The notes under the pieces were generated by a model that had not been told where the DNA came from, searched no databases, and saw nothing but the letters and a program-made list of their open reading frames with translations. Positions 42,648 to 52,133 of a stretch of 64,000 nucleotides of DNA are shown here, piece by piece (positions within the stretch are counted from its first letter, which is position 1; every line of letters starts with the position of its first letter). Source of the stretch: Deltaproteobacteria bacterium (GTDB lineage Bacteria; Desulfobacterota; Binatia; Binatales; Binataceae); NCBI GenBank assembly GCA_021831785.1, contig JAKBMB010000028.1, forward strand, positions 162,620 to 226,619. The letters are read 5' to 3'. The translations under genes were made by a program, and so were the position numbers.

Positions 42648-43712
42648 ATGCAACCGGAGAATCGCTCACGCACGGAGTTGATCCGGCTCACCGCCCGATG
42701 CAAGGCCGCGGGTTGAGCCGGAAAGTTAGGTCCGGCGGACCTAAAGGAAGCTCTGGCAAAGCTCGACTTGGACGGCGACCCGAATCTGCTGGTGGGCGCG
42801 GCCACCGCGGACGACGCGGGCGTCTATCGTTTGAATGACGAACTCGCGATCGTGAACACTGTGGACTTCTTCACGCCGGTGGTCGACGACCCGTTCACCT
42901 TCGGCCAGATCGCGGCGGCCAACGCGCTGTCCGACGTTTACGCGATGGGCGGAACGCCCAAAACCGCGATGAACATCATGTGCTGGCCGCAGTCCGGGCT
43001 CCCCAACGAGATGTTAGCGGAGGTCATGCGCGGCGGGCTTGAAAAGGCGCGCGAGGCCGGCGTGGCGGTGGTCGGCGGTCACACCGTCGCCGATGAAGAA
43101 GTCAAATACGGGATGGCGATAACCGGAATTATCGACCCGCGCCGGATTGTGCGCAACTCCGGCGCCCGCCCGGGCGATCGGCTATTGCTCACCAAGCCGC
43201 TCGGCACCGGAATCCTGATGACAGCTTTCAAACGCGACCAACTCACGCCCGAGCAGTACGTCGCAGCCGTCGAGGCGATGACAACGCTCAACGCCGCCAG
43301 CGCCCGCGCGATGCTCAAGCATAACGCGCACGCGGCCACCGACATTACCGGCTTCGGGCTCGCCGGCCACGCCTGCCAGATGGCCGAGGCCGGCGCCGTG
43401 TGCCTGGTGCTCGAGGAGTGGTATTTGCCGCTGCTGCCCGGCGCGGTTGACTGGTGCAGAGCGCGGATGGTCCCGGGCGGCGGGCAGCGCAATCGCGAAT
43501 ACTTCGGCCCCAAGGTGCAGGTCGGCGACGAGGTCGGTGACGAGATGCTCGAACTGGTGTTCGACCCGCAAACCTCGGGCGGCCTGCTCATCGCGCTCGC
43601 CCAAGATGACGCTCACGCGCTGCTTGCGGATTTGCAAGCGCAAGGCAACGTCAGCGCAACGATAATCGGCCGGGTCGAGCCGGCCGGCGGCTTCCCGATC
43701 AAATACATCTAG
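42648..43712 (+). CDS. selD: Selenide, water dikinase; selenoprotein (in-frame UGA at codon 23)
   Basis: ATG 42648 gives MQPENRSRTELIRLTARCKAAG-U-AGKLGPADL, in frame with DDAGVY, TVDFFTP, ANALSDVYAMGG, GGHT, TDITGFGL, DPQTSGGLL. Confidence 0.93.
42726..42744 (+). promoter_or_regulatory. Putative bacterial SECIS hairpin
   Basis: TTAGGTCC-GGC-GGACCTAA perfect stem starting 9 nt after the TGA (42714-42716). Confidence 0.75.
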
Positions 43713-43775
43713 GGTGCCGTCCCATTAATAACTTTACAAATATTGTCGGCCATCCGGGATTCTTCGCTGCGCTCA

Positions 43776-43886
43776 GAGTTTGTGAATTTTTGGCAAACCG
43801 CCGCATGCGATCGCAGGCTGCGCCCACTATGTTTATAGTGGGGCGGGCACGGCGGCCCGCCCCACTACTCAAAAATTCACCAACTC
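43776..43886 (-). mobile_element. MITE family B, copy 3 (111-bp short form with a single REP hairpin)
   Basis: TCA-GAGTTTGTGAATTTTTG ... CAAAAATTCACCAACTC-TCA; contains TAGTGGGGCGGGCACGGCGGCCCGCCCCACTA. Confidence 0.85.
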
Positions 43887-43993
43887 TCAGGGTGACCTGA
43901 AAACAGCCGTCGCCGACCCTTTCGCACACGAATTTGTGACTCAGAACACCAGCGGCTTTCTAACGATGGCCCCGCTGAGCGCTGAGCGGGCCG

Positions 43994-44737
43994 TCACTCC
44001 AGGACCACTTCCTGTCCGTCCCGAGCGCATTCGAACTCCGAGTCTTTCTCGCGGCTGAGCATATCGCGGCTCATGTGAGTCAGTATAAGCCTCCCGCATT
44101 CCAGGCGCTCACGATGCGCGCGCAGTGTTGCATAGTCAAGATGGTGCTTGATCTTCCGGTCAAAGAAATACGCCTCGCAAATGAAGAGATTAGCTCCGTG
44201 AGCGGCCTCGAACAGCGCGTCCGTCCATTCCGTGTCACCGGAGTAGGCGACCACTTTGCCGCCGTACTCGATTCGCAGGGCGTAGGATGCCGCGCCGCTC
44301 GGATGCGGCACAGAAAACGGCGTGACGCGCGCCGAACCGATTTGAGATGATGTCCCTTCGCGCAATTCGATGAAGCCGGTCGCGAAGCGTCGGCTGACGC
44401 GCGACGAGCCGGGAAATAGCACCTCCATGGCAGCTTCTAGCCTTTCGCGGACGCCGAACGGGCCGGCGATTGTAAGTGGGTTAGTTCTGCGGCTGAACTG
44501 TCCGTCGAGAATTAAAAACGGCAAGCCCGCGAAATGGTCTCCATGCAGATGAGTCAACGCCACCCAGCCGATATCGGACGGGTTCACAGCCGCGCGTTTC
44601 ATCGCGATCAACGACGACGCGCCACAATCAATCAGAAGTGCATGCTCCTCCCCTTGAAGGAGAAAGCAGGTTTGGAAGCGGCCGCCGCTCCCGAACGCAT
44701 CGCCGCTGCCGAGAAATCTCATCGTAATCCGCTTCAT
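43994..44737 (-). CDS. MBL-fold metallo-hydrolase (RNase Z/BN-like)
   Basis: FLGSGDAF, LIDCG, THLHGDH, YSGDT, LTH. Confidence 0.88.
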   Translation of the reverse strand: MKRITMRFLGSGDAFGSGGRFQTCFLLQGEEHALLIDCGASSLIAMKRAAVNPSDIGWVALTHLHGDHFAGLPFLILDGQFSRRTNPLTIAGPFGVRERLEAAMEVLFPGSSRVSRRFATGFIELREGTSSQIGSARVTPFSVPHPSGAASYALRIEYGGKVVAYSGDTEWTDALFEAAHGANLFICEAYFFDRKIKHHLDYATLRAHRERLECGRLILTHMSRDMLSREKDSEFECARDGQEVVLE

Positions 44738-45038
44738 TGCCCATCTCCGAGAGCCCGTGAAGTGGGGCGGGGCCCTGATTTGGAAACCAGGAAAGCAGTG
44801 TCTTTTCCAAGTCGTAATCCCAATTCGACGAAGGAGCGGGGTTATTTTTAAGATTGATGACGACCGGCGTGAGCACAGAACCTCGCTTAATTCCGTATTG
44901 GGCTAGGCCGTTCATGAAAGGCCCGCTGACGAGGTCGGACAGCAACTGACGGATGAATGAGATGATGGTCGGGTCCGACGCGTAATAATCGCCCCACAGA
45001 ATCGGCTGCACTTTCGGAAAATTCATTTTATCCACCAT
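44628..45038 (-). pseudogene. Probably truncated hypothetical gene
   Basis: AAGGAG RBS and a protein-like first ~90 aa (ILWG...SGPFMNGLAQYG), then an out-of-frame overlap with the MBL gene. Confidence 0.45.
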
Positions 45039-45298
45039 GCCGGACTCCTTGACAAATGGCGAAGTTTAAATCGTCCATGAAGATGGGCTGTCAGTGTCTT
45101 AGGTTTCTCACCCTTTGGGCCGAGTTCGGACGCATAGCTTGGTCGTGACTTCTTCCGCTTCGTCCATCTCGACTGTATTCACATCCTGCTCAAACGGCAT
45201 CATCGAGACCGGCCTTTAGAATCAGGCAGGCCTCTCCTCGCGTGCTTTGCTTCGACACGCAACGAGCAAGACGAGCGAGAAGTTTGTCGGCAATCCGG

Positions 45299-45718
45299 CT
45301 AAGGGCTTATCGCGAACGTTTCGAGGATTGCGCCCTCTCCGTTGACCTTCACGATCATCGCAACGCCTTTATCGACCGCCCAGAAGTCGCCCGGACGACG
45401 CGGTTCGGACTTGCCGCCGATTTGCGTCACGACATCTCCTGACTGGAGGTTGGCAATGTAGAAACCCTGCGCCGATATCTCGACCGCGCGTCCATGCCCC
45501 GCCAGATACCAGTCTTTGACCTCGACGTGAAGCGGCACAGGGCCTTTGGGCGTGGGCAAGGTTACCGGGTTCGAAAAACGCGTCGTTGTCTTCACCTCCG
45601 CAGCCGGAATTGGGTCCGCCTGTGCGGCGATGAGACGCGAGGTGGAGCCGACGATTGGCAGCGTCAAAAAGGCTGCCACGATCGCGCCGCGAAAGAGTTT
45701 TTGTTGGCCCGTCGCCAT
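45299..45718 (-). CDS. Exported cupin-like protein
   Basis: Signal peptide, AAGGA RBS, cupin-like pattern LQSGDV...PGDFWAVDKG. Confidence 0.6.
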   Translation of the reverse strand: MATGQQKLFRGAIVAAFLTLPIVGSTSRLIAAQADPIPAAEVKTTTRFSNPVTLPTPKGPVPLHVEVKDWYLAGHGRAVEISAQGFYIANLQSGDVVTQIGGKSEPRRPGDFWAVDKGVAMIVKVNGEGAILETFAISP

Positions 45719-45734
45719 CGAGAGTCGTTCCTTA

Positions 45735-47414
45735 CTAGGGCTCAAGCTTGTAGAGGTGGCCGGCGGCGGTGCCAACGAACAAGCCGCCCAGCGCGATCGC
45801 CGCCTCACCGCGCAGCCCGGCCGCATCCGAACCGTCCGGCAGCGCCACGTCGGCGATCACCTGGGGAGCCTGCACGATGACATAGCCGGCGGCCGTGCAA
45901 TCGGAGGCCCAAGTGGGTGAGGGCGGACCGAAATCGATACTGGAGCACCGGAATCCCGGCGCCGGCGCCCCCAACACCGACGGGTCGGCGAAGGCTACGA
46001 CATGGCCCTGGTCCGTGGTTACGTATACGATCCCGCCGGTGACCGTGGGTGCGCCGATCGCGTAGCCGTTGCCGGGGCTGGCATGGGGAACGTCAACGAT
46101 CCAGCGTACGCGATGGGCCTCGTCGGGCGCACACGCATCGAGCGCGTGCATCCTCGTGTACCCGGCGACCACGCCATCGGTGACCAGCGCCTCGCCGCCG
46201 GCCTTGATTATCAGTTCGTCGCCCCAGGACGCGCCCGGCTGCTTGTAGTCGTCGTCACCGTGGCGATGCGTATCGCCGGGCGAGAAGACGCATCCCGGCC
46301 CGGCGGTTGGCGGGAATTGCCATTTGCAGCTCCCGCTGCTGGAATCCAGCGCGTAAACCCATCCGTCTTTCTCTACCGAGCCGACCAGCTCGCCGCAACT
46401 AGTGAGCATCATCGCGGGTCCCGCCGACCAGTCGGGATCCTTGTCGAGCGAGAAGGGGACGGCTCTAAAGCTCCAATTGGATGCGCCCGTTGCGGGATCG
46501 ACGCTCACCAGGCTCAGCGAGTAGTCCGGCGAGGGTTCGGGTTCGGGGCAGCCGTAGACCTCGCAGATGTTGCCGGTGGTGAAAAGAACGGCGCGGCCGT
46601 CCGTGGCGGGCGAATTCCACACGCCGCCGCCGATGAGAGTGTCTTTGGTAGAGCCAACCGCTACGAAAGAAAAAGAAGTCAGATGGCCCTTATTCGCATC
46701 GACCGCCATCACCTTGCCCTTCTGAACCGGGTCGTCACCGGCGTCATGAACTCCCACATAAACGTTGCCAAAGGCCACCAGGGGCGAGGAGTAGGTAATC
46801 CGCTCGTGGAGTTGGGAGCTCGCACTGCAGTTCACGTGCGCCACTACGTCGCTCTTCCAGATAAGCGCGCCGGAGGAAGCGTTGAGCGCCCACAACCGGG
46901 CGCTGCCGACGCCTCCGTCGGTCCCCGGGTCAGGGTCGGGCGCGCCAAAAACTACGGCATCCTGGCCCCCGATGCTGAGATAGGAGGCGCTCGATTGAAT
47001 GCCGTACTGACCCCAAGAGCCGTTGCCGCCCTGTGTGCACGTGCCGTTAAGGGCCGGGCCTGTCGGCGGAAACTTCCAGAGCTGATGCCCGCTTCCCGCG
47101 TCGATCGCATAGAAGTATCCGTTCGTGGTGCCGACAAAAACGGCCTTGTTGAAGACGATCGGCGAGGCGCGAAAGGCTCCTCCTTCCGCCGGAGTGAAGG
47201 CCCATCCTGGGACAACGTGGAGGGTCTTCACTTTGGATGGGTCGGTGAGCGAGCTTCCCAGTAGCTGTGAGCCGAAACGCCCAGGATAATCGCGATAATT
47301 GAGCCATTGAGGCGCAGGAGGGTTGCATCCCACGCAACTCGTCATGTTGGTACACGCGCCAAGGGCCATCGCCACAATCACCGCGCCTAATGAGGGGTTC
47401 ACGCGGGACATCAT
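45735..47414 (-). CDS. PQQ-like beta-propeller lipoprotein, Cys-rich
   Basis: Lipobox LGAC, repeats YAIDAGSGHQLWKF / WALNASSGALIWK / YALDSSSGSCKWQF, GGGVWNSPA. Confidence 0.8.
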   Translation of the reverse strand: MMSRVNPSLGAVIVAMALGACTNMTSCVGCNPPAPQWLNYRDYPGRFGSQLLGSSLTDPSKVKTLHVVPGWAFTPAEGGAFRASPIVFNKAVFVGTTNGYFYAIDAGSGHQLWKFPPTGPALNGTCTQGGNGSWGQYGIQSSASYLSIGGQDAVVFGAPDPDPGTDGGVGSARLWALNASSGALIWKSDVVAHVNCSASSQLHERITYSSPLVAFGNVYVGVHDAGDDPVQKGKVMAVDANKGHLTSFSFVAVGSTKDTLIGGGVWNSPATDGRAVLFTTGNICEVYGCPEPEPSPDYSLSLVSVDPATGASNWSFRAVPFSLDKDPDWSAGPAMMLTSCGELVGSVEKDGWVYALDSSSGSCKWQFPPTAGPGCVFSPGDTHRHGDDDYKQPGASWGDELIIKAGGEALVTDGVVAGYTRMHALDACAPDEAHRVRWIVDVPHASPGNGYAIGAPTVTGGIVYVTTDQGHVVAFADPSVLGAPAPGFRCSSIDFGPPSPTWASDCTAAGYVIVQAPQVIADVALPDGSDAAGLRGEAAIALGGLFVGTAAGHLYKLEP

Positions 47415-47882
47415 CTATTTAGCCTCGATCAGGTAGAGGCGCATAATCACCGGACGTGCGCCGGGGTTCTCGAACTTAATTACCTGACCCTTGGCCACGG
47501 AGTTCATCGTGCCGGGGCTAAGGAACTCCCCCGCCTTGCCAAGCCCTATCTTTCCCGCCCCGGGGTACACCTCCACCAGGGCGGGACCGGAAAGCGGATC
47601 CAGCTCGCCTTTGGCGTGCGGCGGAACCAAAATGTCACGAATCTCGATCCGGGAGCTTGACGGGCCGGAGGTCGTAAAGACCGTGCGTAAGTAAACGTTG
47701 CCGCGTTCGCGATGGAACGGGTGCTCGGGGGCTCTGCCCGCGTACTCAAGCGGTCCGGGCGGCGGCGGAGGCAGCGGACCGTGGGCGACGAACGCCTGAG
47801 GAGGTGCCCGCCGACACGCGATCAGTACACTGCCGGCGGTAAGTGCCGCCGCAAGCGCTACCAGCGAGAGAAGACTTCTCAT
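47415..47882 (-). CDS. Lipoprotein with cupin-like C-terminus
   Basis: Lipobox LIAC, Pro-rich linker, LSPGTMNSVAKGQVIKFENPG; stop abuts the next start. Confidence 0.6.
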   Translation of the reverse strand: MRSLLSLVALAAALTAGSVLIACRRAPPQAFVAHGPLPPPPPGPLEYAGRAPEHPFHRERGNVYLRTVFTTSGPSSSRIEIRDILVPPHAKGELDPLSGPALVEVYPGAGKIGLGKAGEFLSPGTMNSVAKGQVIKFENPGARPVIMRLYLIEAK

Positions 47883-48361
47883 CCTGCCGTCTCTGCACAC
47901 GGCGGGTCGGCCACGCGCGGAGTGAACCGAAGCGAAAGATCCGTGTTGACGTTGCAACCTGCGCGACCCGTAGCACGCCTACACCCCAGTGTCAACCGCC
48001 GGTACTCGTTCATTACATGGGTGCCACCGATGCTTCTGGACGAGTTCACCTCCCAACCGCCGTCAAAATCCGGTCGGTCTTGCGCTCCACTTATGCGCTT
48101 GGCGCCAGCAACATTGCGATCCCGTGGCGATCCCGCGCAGCATGGAGCTGGCCAGCCGCCGCCCCAGATAGCCCGAGCTACCTCGTTTGCTTGGACGCTG
48201 CTGAGCTTGCGTAAAGGTGTTTTGCTGTTGAATCCTTTCGTAGTCTATCGGTGAACGACAGTCGCGGGTGGCGGGGGATGGAGGCCGCTAAAAGACCTCG
48301 GCGCGGTGGCGCCAAAGGGAGGGGCCGCCGGTTTGCCCGCTCGGGCATGCGTTTTGCCCGG

Positions 48362-48391
48362 TTGCGCCGAACGCAATTTTCCGTCTAGAAT
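48362..48391 (+). promoter_or_regulatory. Putative sigma-70 promoter of the vWA/FHA/kinase cluster
   Basis: TTGCGC-N18-TAGAAT, then a GGGAG RBS before ATG 48414. Confidence 0.4.
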
Positions 48392-48413
48392 CGCTAAAAA
48401 GGGAGATTTTTAG

Positions 48414-49718
48414 ATGGCCGACTCGGTCGTTTTCGAAGCGCTCGTCAACCGCGAGAACGTTATGTCAAGCGCGGAGAACTTTGTGCTTCATCTGCTGCTC
48501 CAAGCTACCGCGCGGGCGAAAGGAGACGGCGCCAACGGCGTGCGCCTACCGCTCAACCTGGGCGTGGTCATAGACCGCTCGGGCTCAATGTACGACGAGC
48601 GGCGGCTTGAGTTCGTAGTTGAGGCGGTCAAGTTTCTGGTCGACAATCTGGAGCCCGACGATAGGGTCGCTATCGTTGCGTTCGCGGACCAGGCCCATAT
48701 CGTTGCCGCGGGCGACCAGGTTCGCAACAAGGCGGCGGTCAAGCGCGCGATCGACGATATCGACATGCTCGAGATCGGCGGCGGAACGCAGATGGCGCTC
48801 GGCATGAAGGCGGCCATCGAAGAGGTCAAGAAAAACCTCGCTGCCAGCCGCCTCAACCGCGTGCTGGTGCTCACCGACGGCCAGACCTACGAAGAGATGG
48901 CTTGCCTCGAGTTGGCCCGCGCCAATAAGGCGCAGATGTCGTTTTCGGCGATGGGCGTAGGCGCGGAGTTCAACGAGAAGCTGCTGATGCAGGTCGCGCA
49001 GGACACCGGCGGAAAATATCATTATATCGGCGATTCCGCGCAAATTCCCCAGATTTTCGAGGACGAGCTTCAGGGTCTGAGGGCGGTGACCGCGCGCAAC
49101 GGGCGCTTTGATCTGACACTGTCTCAGGGAGTGCAGATTCGCGAGGCCTTTCGGGCCAGCCCGGAGATTTACTCGCTGGGCGAGCCGCTGTTGGATGCCG
49201 AGCGCAAGATAAGCTACGCTGTGGGCGATTTGGAGGGCGGGGTGCCGGCCTCGATACTGCTGAGCCTGGTCCTGCCGCCGCGCAAGCCCGGCGTGGTGCG
49301 GCTGGCGCAGGCGGCCTTTCACTACGAGATGCCCGGCTTCGGCGACCGCGAGGTCCCCGCCGACGTGACGGTGAACTACACCCTGGACCGGGCGCAGGCC
49401 AGCAAAGCCAACGGCCGGGTGATGAATCTGGTGGACCAGGTGGCAATCGCCAAGCTCCAGGCCAAAGCGGAGGAAGAGTTCAAGCAGGGCAACGTCGACC
49501 GCGCCACAAAGCTTCTGACCAACGCTATCGCAAGCACGCAGAAGGTGGGCAACGTCAAGGCCACGCAGGCGCTGTCCGGTTTCATGGAGCAGATAAAGAA
49601 AACGCAAACGCTGGAGAGCAAGGCCGCCAAGACCACGCTATTGCAAGCTCAGGCCGTGGTGCGCAAGACTCAGATGCTTGACCCCGAGGCGCTTAAGAAT
49701 CTCAAGGATTTGGAGTAA
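48414..49718 (+). CDS. vWA domain protein (YfbK-like)
   Basis: MIDAS DRSGSM, GGT, LTDG, MGVG; helical C-terminal tail. Confidence 0.9.
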   Translation: MADSVVFEALVNRENVMSSAENFVLHLLLQATARAKGDGANGVRLPLNLGVVIDRSGSMYDERRLEFVVEAVKFLVDNLEPDDRVAIVAFADQAHIVAAGDQVRNKAAVKRAIDDIDMLEIGGGTQMALGMKAAIEEVKKNLAASRLNRVLVLTDGQTYEEMACLELARANKAQMSFSAMGVGAEFNEKLLMQVAQDTGGKYHYIGDSAQIPQIFEDELQGLRAVTARNGRFDLTLSQGVQIREAFRASPEIYSLGEPLLDAERKISYAVGDLEGGVPASILLSLVLPPRKPGVVRLAQAAFHYEMPGFGDREVPADVTVNYTLDRAQASKANGRVMNLVDQVAIAKLQAKAEEEFKQGNVDRATKLLTNAIASTQKVGNVKATQALSGFMEQIKKTQTLESKAAKTTLLQAQAVVRKTQMLDPEALKNLKDLE

Positions 49719-49806
49719 TGCGCGGGCGGCGAAGTTATTCATTATTCGCCTCAGAGCTTTGCCGGATGACCGGGGAGACATTACGTTGGGGTTTAAACCT
49801 TAGACC

Positions 49807-50415
49807 ATGATCAAGTGCAGCGAATGTGGTTACGAAAATACCGAGGGTCTCGATTACTGCGACAGTTGCGGCGCCGCGCTGAGCCACGGCGCGCCGGCTG
49901 CCGACGCCGCGGCCGGCCAACAAGCGGCTGCGGCTGCACCGCCTAGCGCTGAGGTCCACGCCGAGGAGGCTCAAGCGGCCGAGCCCCCGGCCGCCGAAGC
50001 TCAAGAGGCGCCGACGCCGGCCGCCGAAGCGCCGGCAGCACCGCCGGTCGGCGCTGCCCCACCGCTCCCGCCCGGTTTCAAGGCCAAGCTCAAGATTGTG
50101 CGCGGCGGCAGAAAAGGGCAGGAGTTCCCGCTCGAAGAGGGCAACAATGTTATCGGACGCTTCGACCCGGAAAGCGGAGCCTTCCCCGAAGTGGACCTCG
50201 AAGCCGACGACCCCGAAGCAAAGATTTCACGCAAGCACGCCCTGATCAAGATAGAAAACGGCAGGGTCACGATCGAAGACATCGGCAGCCTTAACGGCAC
50301 CTATGTGAACCGCGCGCCGCGGCTCCAGCCCGCACAACCGGTCGAGCTCAAAGGCGGAGACGAGGTGATAGTCGGCAAGACGTTCTTTCAAGTCGTGATC
50401 GAGACCCCAAGCTAG
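49807..50415 (+). CDS. Zinc-ribbon + FHA domain protein
   Basis: CSECG..CDSCG, Ala/Pro/Glu linker, FHA IGR..SRKHA..GSLNGT. Confidence 0.92.
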   Translation: MIKCSECGYENTEGLDYCDSCGAALSHGAPAADAAAGQQAAAAAPPSAEVHAEEAQAAEPPAAEAQEAPTPAAEAPAAPPVGAAPPLPPGFKAKLKIVRGGRKGQEFPLEEGNNVIGRFDPESGAFPEVDLEADDPEAKISRKHALIKIENGRVTIEDIGSLNGTYVNRAPRLQPAQPVELKGGDEVIVGKTFFQVVIETPS

Positions 50416-50465
50416 GCGCGTTCCCTCAGCGAGTACCTCACGCCAGCCGATGCGCCGGTGTCGCT

Positions 50466-50494
50466 TTGAGGCGCCCCTGCGCTTTGCGTACAAT
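50466..50494 (+). promoter_or_regulatory. Putative internal sigma-70 promoter
   Basis: TTGAGG-N17-TACAAT upstream of the kinase ATG 50515. Confidence 0.45.
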
Positions 50495-50514
50495 CTTTAT
50501 CCTAGGGTGCCTCG

Positions 50515-52128
50515 ATGGCGTTTGAACCGTTGCGCGCCGGCTACTTGCTTGATCATCGCTACCGGATTGAAAAGGTCCTCGGCGAAGGAGGCATGGGACG
50601 GGTTTATCTCGCCCATGACACTCGGCTTTCCGATCGCCCGGTAGCGATCAAGGAGATGCATGTTGGAGACGGGCTGCAAGAGCAGAAGGCACTGGAGGAC
50701 TTTAACCGCGAACGCGATATCCTATCGCGCCTGTCCCATCCGGGCATACCCGGGATAATCGACTACCTCGCGCTCGAGCGCCGACATTGCCTGGTGATGG
50801 AATTCATCGCCGGGGGCGACTTGCAGGCGCGCCTGGACAAGCTGGGCCCTAAGGGCCGGATGCCGGAGAAGGTGGTGCTTCAGTGGGGGCGCGAGATACT
50901 TGACGTGCTGGTCTTTTTGCACGCTCAGCACCCTCCGATAATCTATCGCGACCTTAAGCCGGCCAACATAATGATCGACGAAAACGGGCATGCGATGCTG
51001 ATTGACTTCGGCATCGCGCGCTTTTTGCCCCCCGGTGGTCGAGGCACCCAGATAGGCTCGGTCGGCTACGCGCCGCCCGAGCAATATGTGGGTAAGATTG
51101 AGCCGCGCTCGGACCTCTACGCGCTGGCGGCCACGATGCATCATCTGCTGACCGGGCGCGACCCGCAGATGGAGCCGCCGTTTAGCTTCCCGCCCGTGCG
51201 CCAACTGGCGCCCGAGGTTTCGGCGCAAACTGAGCGAGTGCTCATGCAAGCGCTGGATAAAGACGTCGCCAAGCGCCCGGCTTCGGCGCAGGCGATGTTG
51301 GCCGCGCTACCCGACCCGCGATTGCCCGCCGCGGGTGCTGCCAGGGGAGTCGCCGGCGAATGGCCAGGCAAGATGCCCGGAGCCTCGCCGGTCGCACAGA
51401 ATGCGCTGCGCCGCCAGATAAACACCAAGGAGAGCGGGCCGGCCGCCACCGGTCCACCCGGCGGCGCAGCGCCCGGGGCGCGGACGCCGGCCGGACTCGT
51501 CACTCCGCAGGCGCGCTCCGCGCCCGCGCCGCGCGTGTCGCCCAGCGCCAAGACGCAGGAGCTGCCGCGCTTGGACAGCGCGCCGGTATCCTCGCCACCG
51601 ACTTCGGCGCGCGCCGCACCGCCGGCGCGCCCGCCGCTGCCCCCAAAGCAGGTTGGAGCGTCAGTTCGCGCGGCGTCCGCGCCGCCGGCATTTCATACAC
51701 CGGACGGCGTTGGCCGGCCTGCGCCTGCGCGGTCCGCCTCGACTCGCCCGGGGCCATCACCGGCAACGCCGGCCCCTTGGGGCCCGGTGCGACCCGCGCC
51801 CGCATCCGGTTATGCGCGCCTAATCGCCCACGGCGAGCCCGTCGAGTTCGTCCTCCAGGGCAACAGCACAATTATCGGCCGCAAGGGCGGCACCGCAGAC
51901 CACGTGGATATCGACCTTTCACGGCTAAGGCGCCGCACTGAACTGGTCTCGCGGCGCCACGCCGAGGTGATCAAAAACGGAAGCGACTATTATATTCGCG
52001 ATCTTGGCAGTCGCAACGGAACTTACCTAGTCGGCAAGGGCCGGCTCGGCCGCGACCAACTATACAAGCTTAACGACCGCGACAAGGTGGCGTTCGCCGA
52101 CGCCGCCTTTGAATTTCGAAAAAGCTGA
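50515..52128 (+). CDS. Ser/Thr protein kinase with C-terminal FHA domain
   Basis: LGEGGMGRVY, VAIKE, YRDLKPAN, DFG, GYAPPEQ; Pro-rich linker; FHA IGR..SRRHA..GSRNGT. Confidence 0.93.
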   Translation: MAFEPLRAGYLLDHRYRIEKVLGEGGMGRVYLAHDTRLSDRPVAIKEMHVGDGLQEQKALEDFNRERDILSRLSHPGIPGIIDYLALERRHCLVMEFIAGGDLQARLDKLGPKGRMPEKVVLQWGREILDVLVFLHAQHPPIIYRDLKPANIMIDENGHAMLIDFGIARFLPPGGRGTQIGSVGYAPPEQYVGKIEPRSDLYALAATMHHLLTGRDPQMEPPFSFPPVRQLAPEVSAQTERVLMQALDKDVAKRPASAQAMLAALPDPRLPAAGAARGVAGEWPGKMPGASPVAQNALRRQINTKESGPAATGPPGGAAPGARTPAGLVTPQARSAPAPRVSPSAKTQELPRLDSAPVSSPPTSARAAPPARPPLPPKQVGASVRAASAPPAFHTPDGVGRPAPARSASTRPGPSPATPAPWGPVRPAPASGYARLIAHGEPVEFVLQGNSTIIGRKGGTADHVDIDLSRLRRRTELVSRRHAEVIKNGSDYYIRDLGSRNGTYLVGKGRLGRDQLYKLNDRDKVAFADAAFEFRKS

Positions 52129-52133
52129 AGCTT

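Noticed and set aside
48414-49718. This vWA protein as the partner of the CbbQ/NorQ ATPase
   Set aside because: YfbK-like with an N-terminal vWA domain, not NorD/CbbO architecture; 10 kb away in a different operon
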